Source: Spirochaetota bacterium (GTDB lineage: Bacteria; Spirochaetota; UBA6919; CBDBPB01). From it: a DNA stretch of 64,000 nt. This document shows positions 30,694-41,497 of this stretch, piece by piece. The translations under genes and the position numbers were made by a program. Under the pieces are notes generated by a model. It saw only the letters and a program-made list of their open reading frames with translations, made no database searches and was not told the origin of the DNA. Location: NCBI GenBank assembly GCA_965208615.1, contig CBDBPB010000004.1, positions 320,001 through 384,000 on the forward strand, written 5' to 3'. Position 1 is the first letter of the stretch; every line of letters starts with the position of its first letter.

Positions 30694-31755
30694 TTGAAAA
30701 TTGCTGTTGGGCTTTCTGGAGGTATTGATAGTACTGTTGCTTTATTAAGACTGCATGAGAAGGGACATGATCTTATTGGAATAACAATGAAGGCTACTTT
30801 TGGAGAACAAGATTATGGAAAATGTTGTTCTATAAAAGATGTTCATGATGCTAAGTATATTTGTCAGACCCTTGGGATTAGGCATTATGTCATTGATGTA
30901 AAAAAAGAGTTTTATGAAAAAATAGTTAAATATTTTGTTGATGAATATATAAATGGTCATACTCCTAATCCGTGTATATTTTGCAATGAGCTAATAAAGT
31001 TTAAAAGGCTGATTGAGGCCGCTAATTCTTTAGGTTATGATTATTTTGCTACTGGTCATTATGCTATTATTGATAAATATGTCATGAAGAAGGGTATTGA
31101 TAAACTAAAGGATCAGACATATTTTTTAAGTCGCCTTCCGTTATCTATATTGAAGAAATCTTTATTCCCCCTTGGAAAAACTTATAAGAAGGATAATATT
31201 AATTATTTGTCTGAGAAGTCTATCTATATAAGCAAAAAGCGAGAGAGTCATGAGATTTGCTTTGTTTTGGGAAATGACTATAGAGAATTAATAAAACAAG
31301 AAGCCAATGATAAAATAAAAACAGGGGATATCCTTGATGAGGCTGGCTATAAGATCGGTGAACATAAGGGTATAGCATACTATACCATTGGTCAGAGAAA
31401 GGGTTTAAATATTGCAATGGCTAAGCCTATTTATGTTAGAGAGCTAAAATCTGTTAGTAATTCCATTGTCGTTGGAGAAAAACCATATAACAGCTCTTTT
31501 ATTATAAATAATGTCAATTGGCTTTTGGATTATGACTTTGATAAACCTCTTACAGTTAAGGTTAGATATTTCCATGAGGGCGAAGAGGCTATTTTAAAAA
31601 AGTCCAATATAGATGGTGAATTTGTAGTTCAGCTAAGACAAAGTGTTTTTGCTATAACAAAAGGACAGGCCGCTGTTTTTTACGATAATGATATAGTTGT
31701 GTGTTCTGGCATCATAAAGCAGATTATAGATGATCCCCGCCATCAACAAATATAA
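30694..31755 (+). CDS. mnmA: tRNA 2-thiouridylase
   Basis: SGGIDS, TPNPC..CN, ATGHYA, KDQTYFL, EICF, YTIGQRKGL. Confidence 0.95.
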   Translation: MKIAVGLSGGIDSTVALLRLHEKGHDLIGITMKATFGEQDYGKCCSIKDVHDAKYICQTLGIRHYVIDVKKEFYEKIVKYFVDEYINGHTPNPCIFCNELIKFKRLIEAANSLGYDYFATGHYAIIDKYVMKKGIDKLKDQTYFLSRLPLSILKKSLFPLGKTYKKDNINYLSEKSIYISKKRESHEICFVLGNDYRELIKQEANDKIKTGDILDEAGYKIGEHKGIAYYTIGQRKGLNIAMAKPIYVRELKSVSNSIVVGEKPYNSSFIINNVNWLLDYDFDKPLTVKVRYFHEGEEAILKKSNIDGEFVVQLRQSVFAITKGQAAVFYDNDIVVCSGIIKQIIDDPRHQQI

Positions 31756-32431
31756 ACTGCCCTGTAATAAACGTATTATGTATAAGAAACTCTATAGCCT
31801 TAATTATTTCTTCTGGTTCGCCTTTTCTCTGTAGGAGTATTGTTTTAGGTCTTTTTTTTAGATAACAACTATTTTGTTCTTCCGGAGCTAATATATAACC
31901 TGGGGCAATACCATTAACTCTAATATTTGGTGCAAGCTCTTTTGCGGATATTTTTGTTAAATCTGCCAAAGCTTTTTTTGATAAAGTGTATGAGGCATAG
32001 CTTATATCATTATGAACTATTTTTGCATCCAACATATTTATAATTTGTCCTTTTTTGCACTTTAGAGCAAAGTCGCGAGTTAAGAAAAAAGGGGCTTTAA
32101 AATTTATATTAAGATTTTGATTAAATACATCGATATTGGTATTTAAGATACTCGTTTTTTGGAAAACTGAGGCATTATTAATTAATAAATTAAGATCGGG
32201 AAACTTCTTTTTTACTAATGAGATAAGAGAAAGTAATTCATCTTCTTTAGATAGATCATTACTAAAAATGGTACAAGTACTAATTTTACTAATTTTATTA
32301 GCCAAAACTTCGGCCTCATTCATAGATTTATTGCAGTGCAAAGCAATTTTATACCCTATAGAAGCCAATTTAAGAGCTATTTCTTGTCCTATTCGTTTTG
32401 CACTACCGGTAATCAGTGCCGTACCTATCAT
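31724..32431 (-). CDS. SDR oxidoreductase, pteridine reductase/FolM-like
   Basis: TGSAKRIG, NNAS, YTLSK, RVNGIAPG, ITGQ...DGG. Confidence 0.85.
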   Translation of the reverse strand: MIGTALITGSAKRIGQEIALKLASIGYKIALHCNKSMNEAEVLANKISKISTCTIFSNDLSKEDELLSLISLVKKKFPDLNLLINNASVFQKTSILNTNIDVFNQNLNINFKAPFFLTRDFALKCKKGQIINMLDAKIVHNDISYASYTLSKKALADLTKISAKELAPNIRVNGIAPGYILAPEEQNSCYLKKRPKTILLQRKGEPEEIIKAIEFLIHNTFITGQFIFVDGGDHL

Positions 32432-32640
32432 TAGTTCCCCTACAGCTAATAGTGTTAGTATAATTCAAATACATTTATAGTTAGTATAAAATATATGCAA
32501 AAATTATATAATTTTTTTGTATAATGTTAAAAACTTGTTAGCTGTGTGTTAAATATATAAAATTATTATTACAAAGTTAAAGCCAAGTATGTTAAACTTT
32601 AGAAAACATTAAAAGAGTATATATTTAAGGATAGCCTAAT

Positions 32641-33650
32641 ATGTATGACTACAATGGAAAACATACAATACTCATGGGTGATCCTTTTTTCTTTGGCATA
32701 GAAGGATCAAATAGCTATAACAGAATTGGCACTAAGATAAATAGAAAATTAGCAATAAGACAATGGCATAATTTAGCAAATACTCTTATTGACCATGGTA
32801 TTCAAATATTTATTATTCCTCCAGAGTCTGACTATCCTGGTTTAGTTTATCCTTCAAATGCGGGATTTATGGTTAATGCTCATCAATATGCACCTCTTTC
32901 AGAAAAGGAATTTTACTTTTCAAATTTACTACCTAATCGTGCAGGTGAAAAGCTTATTTATAAGCCATTACTTGAGAGCTTAGGATTACGTACCTCATAC
33001 TTGAATTTGGACAAACGTTTTGAAGGAGAAAGTGATTTTTTCCCTATAGGTAAGAGTTATATATTTACACATGGGAAAAGTTATAAAAAGTAAGTATCGT
33101 TTTCGTTTTGGTTTTCCCACCTTACGAGAAGGTTCACAGCCAGTTTTCAGATTACAGCTTACTTAAAAACCTTTATCTAATTGTAGGCAAAGTCCCCATT
33201 GCTCCTTTTACACTGGATAACCAAAGGTTTTGTTATGGTGATACAGTATTCTGTCCTTTTGGATCAACGAGGGAACACTTACTTATTAATCTGGATGGTC
33301 TTTCTAAGGAGTCTCAAACTTTTTGTCTTAAGGATATGGGAGATCAGATTATTTTATCTTATGAAGATTCAAAGATATTTGCGGCTAATTCTTTTCAAAC
33401 CGTTGTTAACGATGAAGTAATTTTATTTATGCCAATGGGAATAACTAATAGGCTTATTGATATGGTGAAAGAACGAGGAGTTTATCCTGTCTTGATAGAT
33501 GTTTCAGAATTTATAAAAAAAGGCAGAGGCTCTATAAAGTGCATGATTGGTGACTTAGGAACTTTTTTAGATTCTGCTAATGATCTTTCAGAAAAAATAA
33601 AAGAATGCAGAGAAAAATATCGATATAATAACTACTATAAGAAAATTTAA
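32641..33650 (+). CDS. Amidinotransferase/DDAH (pentein) family protein, split by frameshift(s) at ~33076-33118
   Basis: LAIRQW, VYPSNAG, RAGE, FEGESD, AANS, SEFIKKGRGSIKCM across the two ORFs. Confidence 0.75.
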
Positions 33651-33667
33651 AATAAGAGGCATATATT

Positions 33668-34176
33668 GTGAACAAAAAAAAAGTTATTATAGTAGGTGCA
33701 GTTATATTGGTTATTTTATGTATTGGCATATACCTTATTTATTTTTATGGATATAATAATATTAGCTCGTCTATAAAAGAAATTAATTTGCGTAAAATCG
33801 GTGATAACTATTTTAAAAGATCAAATATAAATGAAGCCCCCTCCCCCTTGAGTCCACCTACAGTCTTGATCCTATGAAGTTTATGGCTAAGCCGGAAGGT
33901 AAAAATGAAACGTTTATATCGATTACAGTTGTAGTCAGTTATACTCATATGGACAGCAAAACTGAACAAGAGATTATCTTAAAGCGATACCATATTAATA
34001 GGCTTGTTAAAGACTATATTTCTCAAAGGTCATATACAGAGCTTAACTCCGCCGATAAAAGAAAAAAACTGAGAAGAAAGCTATATTTTAAGATTAAAAA
34101 AATTATGAAAAATCCTATTCTAAATGTATACTTTAAAAACTATATGCACAGTGTTATAGAAGGACAAGAAGAATAG
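33668..34176 (+). CDS. fliL: Flagellar basal body protein FliL-like, frameshift in C-runs at ~33837-33847
   Basis: N-terminal TM anchor, then TYSLDPMKF...YTELNS...ILNVYF. Confidence 0.6.
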
Positions 34177-34180
34177 CTAA

Positions 34181-35414
34181 CTAGTCTAGACTTTTTCTTA
34201 GTTTTCTTAAACGGATTTCAGCTCTTTTTCTTTGTTCCTGAGCTCTTTTTCTTTGTTTTAGTGCCTTTATTCTTTGTTCTTCAGCTCTTATTCTTTGTTC
34301 TTCAGCCCTTATTCTTTGTTCTTCAGCCCTTATTCTTTGTTCTTCAGCTCTTATTCTTTGTTCTTCAGCTCTTGTTTTTTCTTCTTCAGCTCTTTTTTTC
34401 TGTTCCTCAGCTTTTGTTTTTAAGGCTGTTATATCTTCCTCAGAATAAACATTTAATTTATTATAAGCTTGCTGAATACCTTTTGATACAGCAAGAGAGG
34501 TGATAGTTGCTCCTGAGATAGAGTCTATACCAATAAGAGGTTTAAAGTCCTTTTTATTTTTTGGCATTCTATTTGGATCTTTACCTTTAAAAGCATTTAT
34601 GAAATCATTATCATTAGCTTTAGTTCCTAGTCCTGGAGTTTCTTCGTGTTCCACCATTAAAAAACCGACTATTTTTCTGTTTATATCATAGCCTACAAGC
34701 ATAGCAATATTACCACTATATCCATCAGTGACATAATGTTTTATTATCCATCCTGTTAGGACATTTTTATTATTAGGATCATAAGCCTCGTGGTAGCTGG
34801 CAATTTTAATATTTTCCTGATTAAGCTTATTGATTAATTTATTATATTGCTTTTGATTAATTATGATAGGTGTAAATTTAAGATTACCTCTGTCAGTAAG
34901 TTGCAGTTTTTCATTCTTTTTTAGGACTATAAATTCAATAGTTTTTCTTTCGGATAAAAGAGCAAAGTTATTAGGCTTAATGATCTCGTTAAAGATTTCA
35001 TAGCCCCTTCCTTTTTTACTATGTTTTTCTATGAGATAAATAATTTGCGGACTAAATAAGATATCGTAGGTTTTTTCATATAGAGTTTTAATAGCTTTTT
35101 GATAGTCGCTATTAGCGGATAACTTAATAAGATGACTTTTTTCTTTTTCACTCATCTTACCAGTATAGCTTAATATTTTTGTTTTATTATCGTAGTATAT
35201 TTTTGTTTGTCCTTTAAGGATTGTTTTAGTAGGAAGTTTATCTAGAGTAGTGTTGGTTATTTTTGAAAATACTTGTTTTCTAGCTCGTTTTTCAAAATCT
35301 TGTTTTGCTTTTTCAATATCTTTTTTTGCTAATAACGTAAGTTACGGATAGTAATAATACTAGTATTCCTGCTAGTCCTCCTAGTTTAAGTCCTGTTTTT
35401 AACATATCATTCAT
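34181..35414 (-). CDS. rnfG: RnfG/RsxG-like FMN-binding protein with charged C-terminal repeats; +1 frameshift at T7 35321-35327
   Basis: Start MNDMLKTGLKL with TM anchor and AGGAG RBS; GYSG, ETPGLG, DSISGATITS flavinylation motif. Confidence 0.75.
34219..34395 (-). repeat. 21-bp coding tandem repeat (RAEEQRI)n
   Basis: About 8 imperfect heptads visible in DNA and protein. Confidence 0.9.
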
Positions 35415-35955
35415 AACTATCTCCTAAGACTTATGTATACAGCTAAATCATACTTATAGCAAGTCAAATAAACTATCTTTATATAATTTATTTAGATTTA
35501 CCTTGTTTAACAAAATAGTATAGTGTAAAGGTTATAATAATAAAATATAAGATAATATTTTTTTTTAAGTAGAATTAAAATTATATAAAAAGATTTTCTA
35601 AGAACTTGCTATAATAAGAGTAACTATTTTTTATTAAGCCGGATAACAAGCATCTAAAAACATAGCATTTTAAATATTAGTTATAACTTACTATCTTTAA
35701 TGCAGATATAACCATTATATATTACAAGGGCATGGCTATAGTCTTGTCTTAGTAGTAAAAATCATTTATCTTTGATAAAAAAGAAGAATGGGGATAAGAA
35801 AAGTATTAAATAATTAATGATTTTAGGTATTTTTTTTTGATATATTTTTTTAATAAATAGATTTGTATTAAAAATTTGTTATAATTTTTTATTAAGTTAT
35901 TTTTTAAGATAGTATAACTTTTATCTATTATCATGTAATATTATTAGGAGGTCAT

Positions 35956-36706
35956 ATGATAAAAAAGGTTATTTTAGTAATGTTTGTTTTTTCTATAGGG
36001 TTCATAGGTTGTTTTGTTGATCATACCACCCCTAGGGTAACCAGGGTTGAATATGTTGAATATGAAGGTCCTCGTGATGGTTATTGGTACGATTATAGAG
36101 TAAAGGCTTATAAGCGTGTACCTACAAGATATAATAGAGGTTGGTATTATAGCTATGATAGGGGTAGATGGGTAAGAACTCCACCAAGATATAGAAAACA
36201 CTGGTATTATGATCATCATGATAGGCGATGGTATCGTTCTGATAGAAGAAAGGCTTTACGAAAAAAGGCTAGGAGAAGGGCTTTAGAGAGAAGAAGGGCA
36301 AGAAGAGAGGTACGTAGAGATTTTAGACGCGAAAAACGTAGAGATGAACGTAGAGATCTTAGACGTGAGAGGCGTAGAGATGAACGTAGAGATCTTAGAC
36401 GTGAGAGGCGTAGAGATGAACGTAGAGATCTTAGACGTGAGAGGCGTGAGGTACGTAAAGATCTTAGACGCGAAAAACGTAGAGATGAACGTAAAGATCT
36501 TAGACGCGAAAAACGTAGAGATGAACGTAAAGATTTTAGACGCGAAAAACGTAGAGATGAACGTAAAGATTTTAGACGCGAAAAAACGTAGAGATGAACG
36601 TAAAGATTTTAGACGCGAAAAACGTGAGAGACCTAAAGAAGATATTAGGCCTAAAAAAAGATATACACCAAAAGAGAGCAGAGATCCACGTAGGGAATGC
36701 ACGTAG
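35956..36706 (+). CDS. Arg-rich repeat lipoprotein; +1 frameshift at A6 36581-36586
   Basis: AGGAGG RBS, lipobox FIGC, Trp/Tyr-rich region, then RRDERRDLRRE repeats; other repeat units carry A5 at this site. Confidence 0.7.
36311..36625 (+). repeat. 33-bp coding tandem repeat, ~9 copies
   Basis: CGTAGAGATGAACGTA(G/A)AGAT(C/T)TTAGACG(T/C)GA unit. Confidence 0.9.
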
Positions 36707-36837
36707 AAAGGCACGTAACCAGTAAGTAGAAGGGCATAGAGTTAGTTATTATTTATTTTAGTCTAAATGGAGTTATATATAGTTTGTGCGTTTTATAAAG
36801 ATTAATTTATTTTTGTTACTCTATTTAGTATTAGCAT

Positions 36838-37371
36838 GTGATCAATGGAGAGCATAAGGAATATAGTTATTCAGAGATAGTTGAGATTTTTGCTATATCG
36901 ACATATTTAAAGGATAAGCAAGAGATTCAGGGGTTTATTGATGCTAAGTATGACTTAATAGACTATAAAAATCAAAAGAGATATAATAATGCTCTTAATG
37001 ACAAAATAAAGACTAAGGAAAAGTGGAATAGTTTTTTAAAGGATACCATTGAATATTTTATTGAGTTAAACAGAGAGTATACAATTAAATACTACACTCA
37101 AGAGGGTTATAATAAGAGGCTAAATCTTTTTAATGATAACTATACTTTTGATATTAAAAAGAAGAAACCTATCAAGTATTGGAAGGTATATTTTTTAATT
37201 AAAAAGGAATACAAGCCTATACCGCTAATCCAGGAGCAATATATAAATAATAAGCTTTTTCTTAAAGTTTATTATGATGAAAACCTTAAGAAGGTTAAAG
37301 AGGAGTATCACTTAAGATATCCCAAGTCCAATAAGGTTCTGTATTATTCTTATGGAGCAGTATTAAATTAG
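36838..37371 (+). CDS. Hypothetical protein, possibly a lipoprotein with frameshifted start at ~36786 (MRFIKINLFLLLYLVLAC)
   Basis: 177-aa ORF; out-of-frame signal peptide with lipobox directly upstream. Confidence 0.5.
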   Translation: MINGEHKEYSYSEIVEIFAISTYLKDKQEIQGFIDAKYDLIDYKNQKRYNNALNDKIKTKEKWNSFLKDTIEYFIELNREYTIKYYTQEGYNKRLNLFNDNYTFDIKKKKPIKYWKVYFLIKKEYKPIPLIQEQYINNKLFLKVYYDENLKKVKEEYHLRYPKSNKVLYYSYGAVLN

Positions 37372-37756
37372 TATTTTTTAGGGAGTTATTTTCGATTATT
37401 TATAATTTTTGTATAGGTAAATATATAAAAAGACGTTTTATGATAACTTTCTTATTAAGAAGGTGTTGTTACTAATTTTTCTAGTAGTGTAGATCAAAAG
37501 TACTCTAAGATAATTTATCTTTTTTAAAACTTAAAAAATACAGATTATCAAGTTATAGAAAGTGTTCTGATGAGAGTAAAAAGGTTGTGAAAGAGGTTTT
37601 TGATAATGGGGATAAATATAAACATGTAGGTTTAGACTTTGGGTTAGGGGTGGTAAGCATATTTATTTTTTTGTTAATGTTAAGGGGATATTATTTAATA
37701 ATTCAGTTATCATTTTATGATAGAGTTATGCCGAGTCATACAAGGTAAAAAGTAAG

Positions 37757-38060
37757 ACATATAACGTAAAGGCAAGTGAATTTTAGATTTCTTTGTAGAA
37801 CAAGAAAGTTAAGATCTTTATGGAAAAGTTATTTTCTTGTATCAAGCAGGTTATCCCTCTATGCTCTTTAAGTGCTGATTAAATGCCTCAGTAATGAACA
37901 CAAAATATCACTTTTTATGCAAGTAGTCATCACTACGAGAGCTATTAAGAATCCCTTACTGAGACTAAGAATTATAGACCTTTATTAAGTAATAACGGAT
38001 TTGCCCTTCCATAAAGACGTAGAGCGAATTATTCAAATATCGTATATTGACGTTATATGT
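37757..38060 (+). ncRNA. Candidate large structured ncRNA, copy 1 (homology block 37687-38064)
   Basis: Closing stem ACATATAACGT/ACGTTATATGT; internal helices covary with copy 2; no ORF. Confidence 0.65.
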
Positions 38061-38427
38061 AAAAGCCGGTGGGAGACTCTAACGCTTTAACAGAATATCT
38101 AAGCTAACTCATATAAAAATAAGCTGTAACCCTTTACAAGGGTCCACAAAACCATTGATAAAAAAATAATTAATAAAACTAAAATGCTAATCAAACTTTA
38201 ATTTATTATTAAAATTATCGATTACTATAAAAATAGATTGCCTTGTTACAATATTTATTAATACTTATAAACTAGATTATTAATTTTATAATATAAATAC
38301 TTTAGAATTAATATTATAAAAAAAACTCTTAACAAAATAAAATCTAATTTATTAACTTTTTAATATGTATATATGAATTAAAAATATTTATATTAAACTA
38401 TTTTAACAAGTATGTACGGTTAGCCCT

Positions 38428-40653
38428 ATGACAAATAATAAAAATATCATTACTTATACAATTAATGAATTCGATATAAACAGTCTTAGAACCTCTCAAA
38501 GCCGAATACTCGAAGTGGCTGAAAACCTTGTTAAAGAAGGTAAATACGATTTGGGAGTAGTACTCTACTCTAAACTCCTGGATAAACATAATATAAAAAA
38601 AGTTAATAAAATTAAAATTGAAAAAAATATTAGTGATATTATGGTCTCTGTTAAACAAACTATTAAAACTGCAAAAAAATATATCCCCTCTAATGCAGAA
38701 ATAATAACAGATGAATCTGACGAATTTGACGAAATTGACCTATCCCTAACAAATGAAAATCAACAAAAAATAACAGATAATAATAAAAAAGAAAAATCTA
38801 AAAACTCAACATTAGCTGAACTACTTAAGTATGCTGTAGATAAAGCTAATACTCCAGAAGAACAATATGAGAAAAGTATACCCAATACAGAAAATAACCT
38901 GGATAATAAAGATATTAATGAAAAACTTCTTAATAAAATAGATAGCCTTAGTACTAGTACTAGCAAGCTAATTAATAAAACTATTAGCAAAATAAAACCC
39001 GAATATAAAAATACTACTACTGATAACGTGGATGTTGATAAACAAATTAAAAGTTTGACTAATGAACTCTCCGATAAAGAAAATCAGGGGGCTGAGTTAA
39101 GTGATTTTACCAGCAATATTGATGAAAGTAAGCTACTTTTAACTAATAATTTCTTTAATAAAATCAACGAAATAGAAAATAAAATTAATAATGACACTAT
39201 TAGTTACATAAATAATTCACTATTTCCTCCTAAGATAGCTACAGAAAAATATAGCGAGGTGCCTAAAGATAATAAATATGATGTTAAGCTGAATAAAGCG
39301 TTTTTTAGCAACATTAATAAGCTCTCTGATGATGCAAATAAAATTAAAGATAGCGTTGACCAGCTTAAAGACTCATTTATTAGTAAGATTAGTAACCATT
39401 TTTTTCCTCCACTTTCTAAAGACAGCATAAAAAAGAATATTAGCTCTAAACTAGAGGATGTCTCTATAGATAAAGACTACAAAGAAGATAAACAACTGGT
39501 AAATAAAAAAGAATATTTAGCTCCTTATGATCCTAACGAATTCGAAGAAAAAATTAATAACCTTATAAATAATCTGTCTGATAGCAATAATAAAAGTAAC
39601 ATCTCAGAAACCACTAATATATCCGAAAACTTGAATGATAAGGTTAATATAATAAAAGACCTTGTGGAAAACCTTAAAGATGAAAAAGATACTAAAGAAA
39701 TTAATGAAAAGAAAATTGATGACTTTAAAGAAACTGTTGATAAATTAAAATCCCGTTCTAAGGATGAAGATGCTCCTGAAGAACCTGTTTTAGAAGTCTT
39801 TAAAGCAAATGAAGAAATCATTATAAAAAAACATAAAGAAAAAATAAAACCTGAAACTTACTCTGATAACTATCATAAAGTACTCTACTTCCCCGATAAT
39901 GAAGCTTATAAAAAAAACGATATAGATAATTTAGGCTTCTACTCCCTAAATGATATTCTAAGTGAAGATTATAGTAATGCTGAAAAGTTAAACGATTCTG
40001 GTGAGCTTATAGAAAAAGTTAAAAAAGTAGTTAGTAAAAATATTGATTTACAACGTACTCCATATCCACACAACGTAGAAAATGACTACAAAAATAAAAA
40101 TGGCTTCTTAGAGCATATAAATAAACCACTTGATACTGAAAAAACCATCAATATTGATAATGATAATTTAAAAAATCACGAAGCACCTATCGATAACGAA
40201 TATAATACGAATAGGTATGCAGATAAAGAAAATAAAGATAGGTTAAATGAACCTGAAAAACAAACTAAACCAAAACCTGAATATTATAATAGGTCTCTAA
40301 AAAACCCTGTAATACTTTCTTATGATTTTAGATCCCTCTTTAAAACAAAGTTTTACCTGAAATACAAAGATATATTGAATGAAGCGGCTATGCTGGTAGC
40401 AAATAAAAAATTGGATGAGGCTTTGGAGTATTATTACGTTATTCTAGACCAAAATATACCCTCTGCCCTTAAATTAATGATTAAGCAAAATATTGAAGAT
40501 ATTGAACAAACTATTACAAATACTTTTCGCTATTCCGATACTATTGTAAAACTTAAAGAATCCGGTGAAGTATCCAGACTAAAAGTGGTAGACGAAATAG
40601 AATATGGTGAAGATAAAGTTAGTTCCAAAGAAATCGTTTTTACAGAAGAATAA
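38428..40653 (+). CDS. Large low-complexity protein with TPR-like helices at both ends
   Basis: Asn/Lys/Asp/Glu-rich core; LSYDF...KYK..L..A...ALEYY.VI..QNIP resembles (from memory) a conserved Leptospira hypothetical. Confidence 0.7.
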   Translation: MTNNKNIITYTINEFDINSLRTSQSRILEVAENLVKEGKYDLGVVLYSKLLDKHNIKKVNKIKIEKNISDIMVSVKQTIKTAKKYIPSNAEIITDESDEFDEIDLSLTNENQQKITDNNKKEKSKNSTLAELLKYAVDKANTPEEQYEKSIPNTENNLDNKDINEKLLNKIDSLSTSTSKLINKTISKIKPEYKNTTTDNVDVDKQIKSLTNELSDKENQGAELSDFTSNIDESKLLLTNNFFNKINEIENKINNDTISYINNSLFPPKIATEKYSEVPKDNKYDVKLNKAFFSNINKLSDDANKIKDSVDQLKDSFISKISNHFFPPLSKDSIKKNISSKLEDVSIDKDYKEDKQLVNKKEYLAPYDPNEFEEKINNLINNLSDSNNKSNISETTNISENLNDKVNIIKDLVENLKDEKDTKEINEKKIDDFKETVDKLKSRSKDEDAPEEPVLEVFKANEEIIIKKHKEKIKPETYSDNYHKVLYFPDNEAYKKNDIDNLGFYSLNDILSEDYSNAEKLNDSGELIEKVKKVVSKNIDLQRTPYPHNVENDYKNKNGFLEHINKPLDTEKTINIDNDNLKNHEAPIDNEYNTNRYADKENKDRLNEPEKQTKPKPEYYNRSLKNPVILSYDFRSLFKTKFYLKYKDILNEAAMLVANKKLDEALEYYYVILDQNIPSALKLMIKQNIEDIEQTITNTFRYSDTIVKLKESGEVSRLKVVDEIEYGEDKVSSKEIVFTEE

Positions 40654-40654
40654 A

Positions 40655-41497
40655 CTAATAATCTAACTTCCACTCTCCATCAAATACTTTTACAGCAGGA
40701 CCTCTAAGGTATACATTTTTATTGTCATCCCATTTTAGATAAAGATCTCCACCTCTAAGATGGATTAGTATAGTATTTTCAGTTTTATTATTTAAAACTC
40801 CAGCAACTTGAACAGCTGATGCACCAGTTCCACATGCCAACGTTTCACCTGAACCTCTTTCCCATGTTCTTTGGATAACCTCTTTTGAAGATATTACCTT
40901 TACAAACTCAACATTAATACGATTTGGAAAAAGTAAATGATTCTCAATTAGAGGACCATATTTTCTTAAATTAAAATTATCTATATCTTCATTTTCTAAG
41001 AAAATTACACAATGGGGATTACCCATTGAGATTCCAGTAAAAAAAAAGGTTTTATCAAGAATATTAATTTTTTGATTTATAACAGTATCAGAAAAATCAT
41101 TTATAGGGATATCTTTAGCTTTTAAGGTTGGTTTACCCATGTTAATTTCTACAGATTCAACCAAGCCATTTTTAGGAAAAACATTAACCTTTAATATACC
41201 AGCACCAGTCTCAACTGCAAACTCTTCAGCCTCGATCATCCCTCTATCATAAACATACTTAGCTACGCACCTAAGACCATTTCCACACATTTCCGACCAG
41301 GAGCCATCAGAATTATACATATCCATTTTAATAGGAGCTTTTTCACCAGGCTTAATTAGTATAAGTCCATCAGATCCTATACCAAAATTACGATTACTCA
41401 TTTTTATTGCTAAATCTTTAGGATTATCAACGGTTTCTTCAAAGCAATTTATATAAACATAGTCATTGCCAATACCATGCATTTTAGTAAATTTCAT
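40655..41497 (-). CDS. dapF: Diaminopimelate epimerase
   Basis: KMHGIGND, EMCGNG, MGNPH, ERGSGETLACGTG. Confidence 0.97.
   Translation of the reverse strand: MKFTKMHGIGNDYVYINCFEETVDNPKDLAIKMSNRNFGIGSDGLILIKPGEKAPIKMDMYNSDGSWSEMCGNGLRCVAKYVYDRGMIEAEEFAVETGAGILKVNVFPKNGLVESVEINMGKPTLKAKDIPINDFSDTVINQKINILDKTFFFTGISMGNPHCVIFLENEDIDNFNLRKYGPLIENHLLFPNRINVEFVKVISSKEVIQRTWERGSGETLACGTGASAVQVAGVLNNKTENTILIHLRGGDLYLKWDDNKNVYLRGPAVKVFDGEWKLDY

Noticed and set aside
34261-36714. ORFs 34261-34503, 36283-36714 and the 5' part of 36344-36706
   Set aside because: Alternative-frame or antisense readings of tandem repeats
37959-37981. Group I intron R/S-like words (GAGACUA, AAGAAUUAUAGACC) in the structured element
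   Set aside because: The words are adjacent with no room for P8, GACUA is not conserved in copy 2, and no host gene is interrupted
37757-38060. Canonical integron attC site or classical MITE
   Set aside because: 304 nt is far longer than known attC sites, R boxes match only loosely, no intI is present, there is no TSD, and homology extends beyond the left inverted repeat
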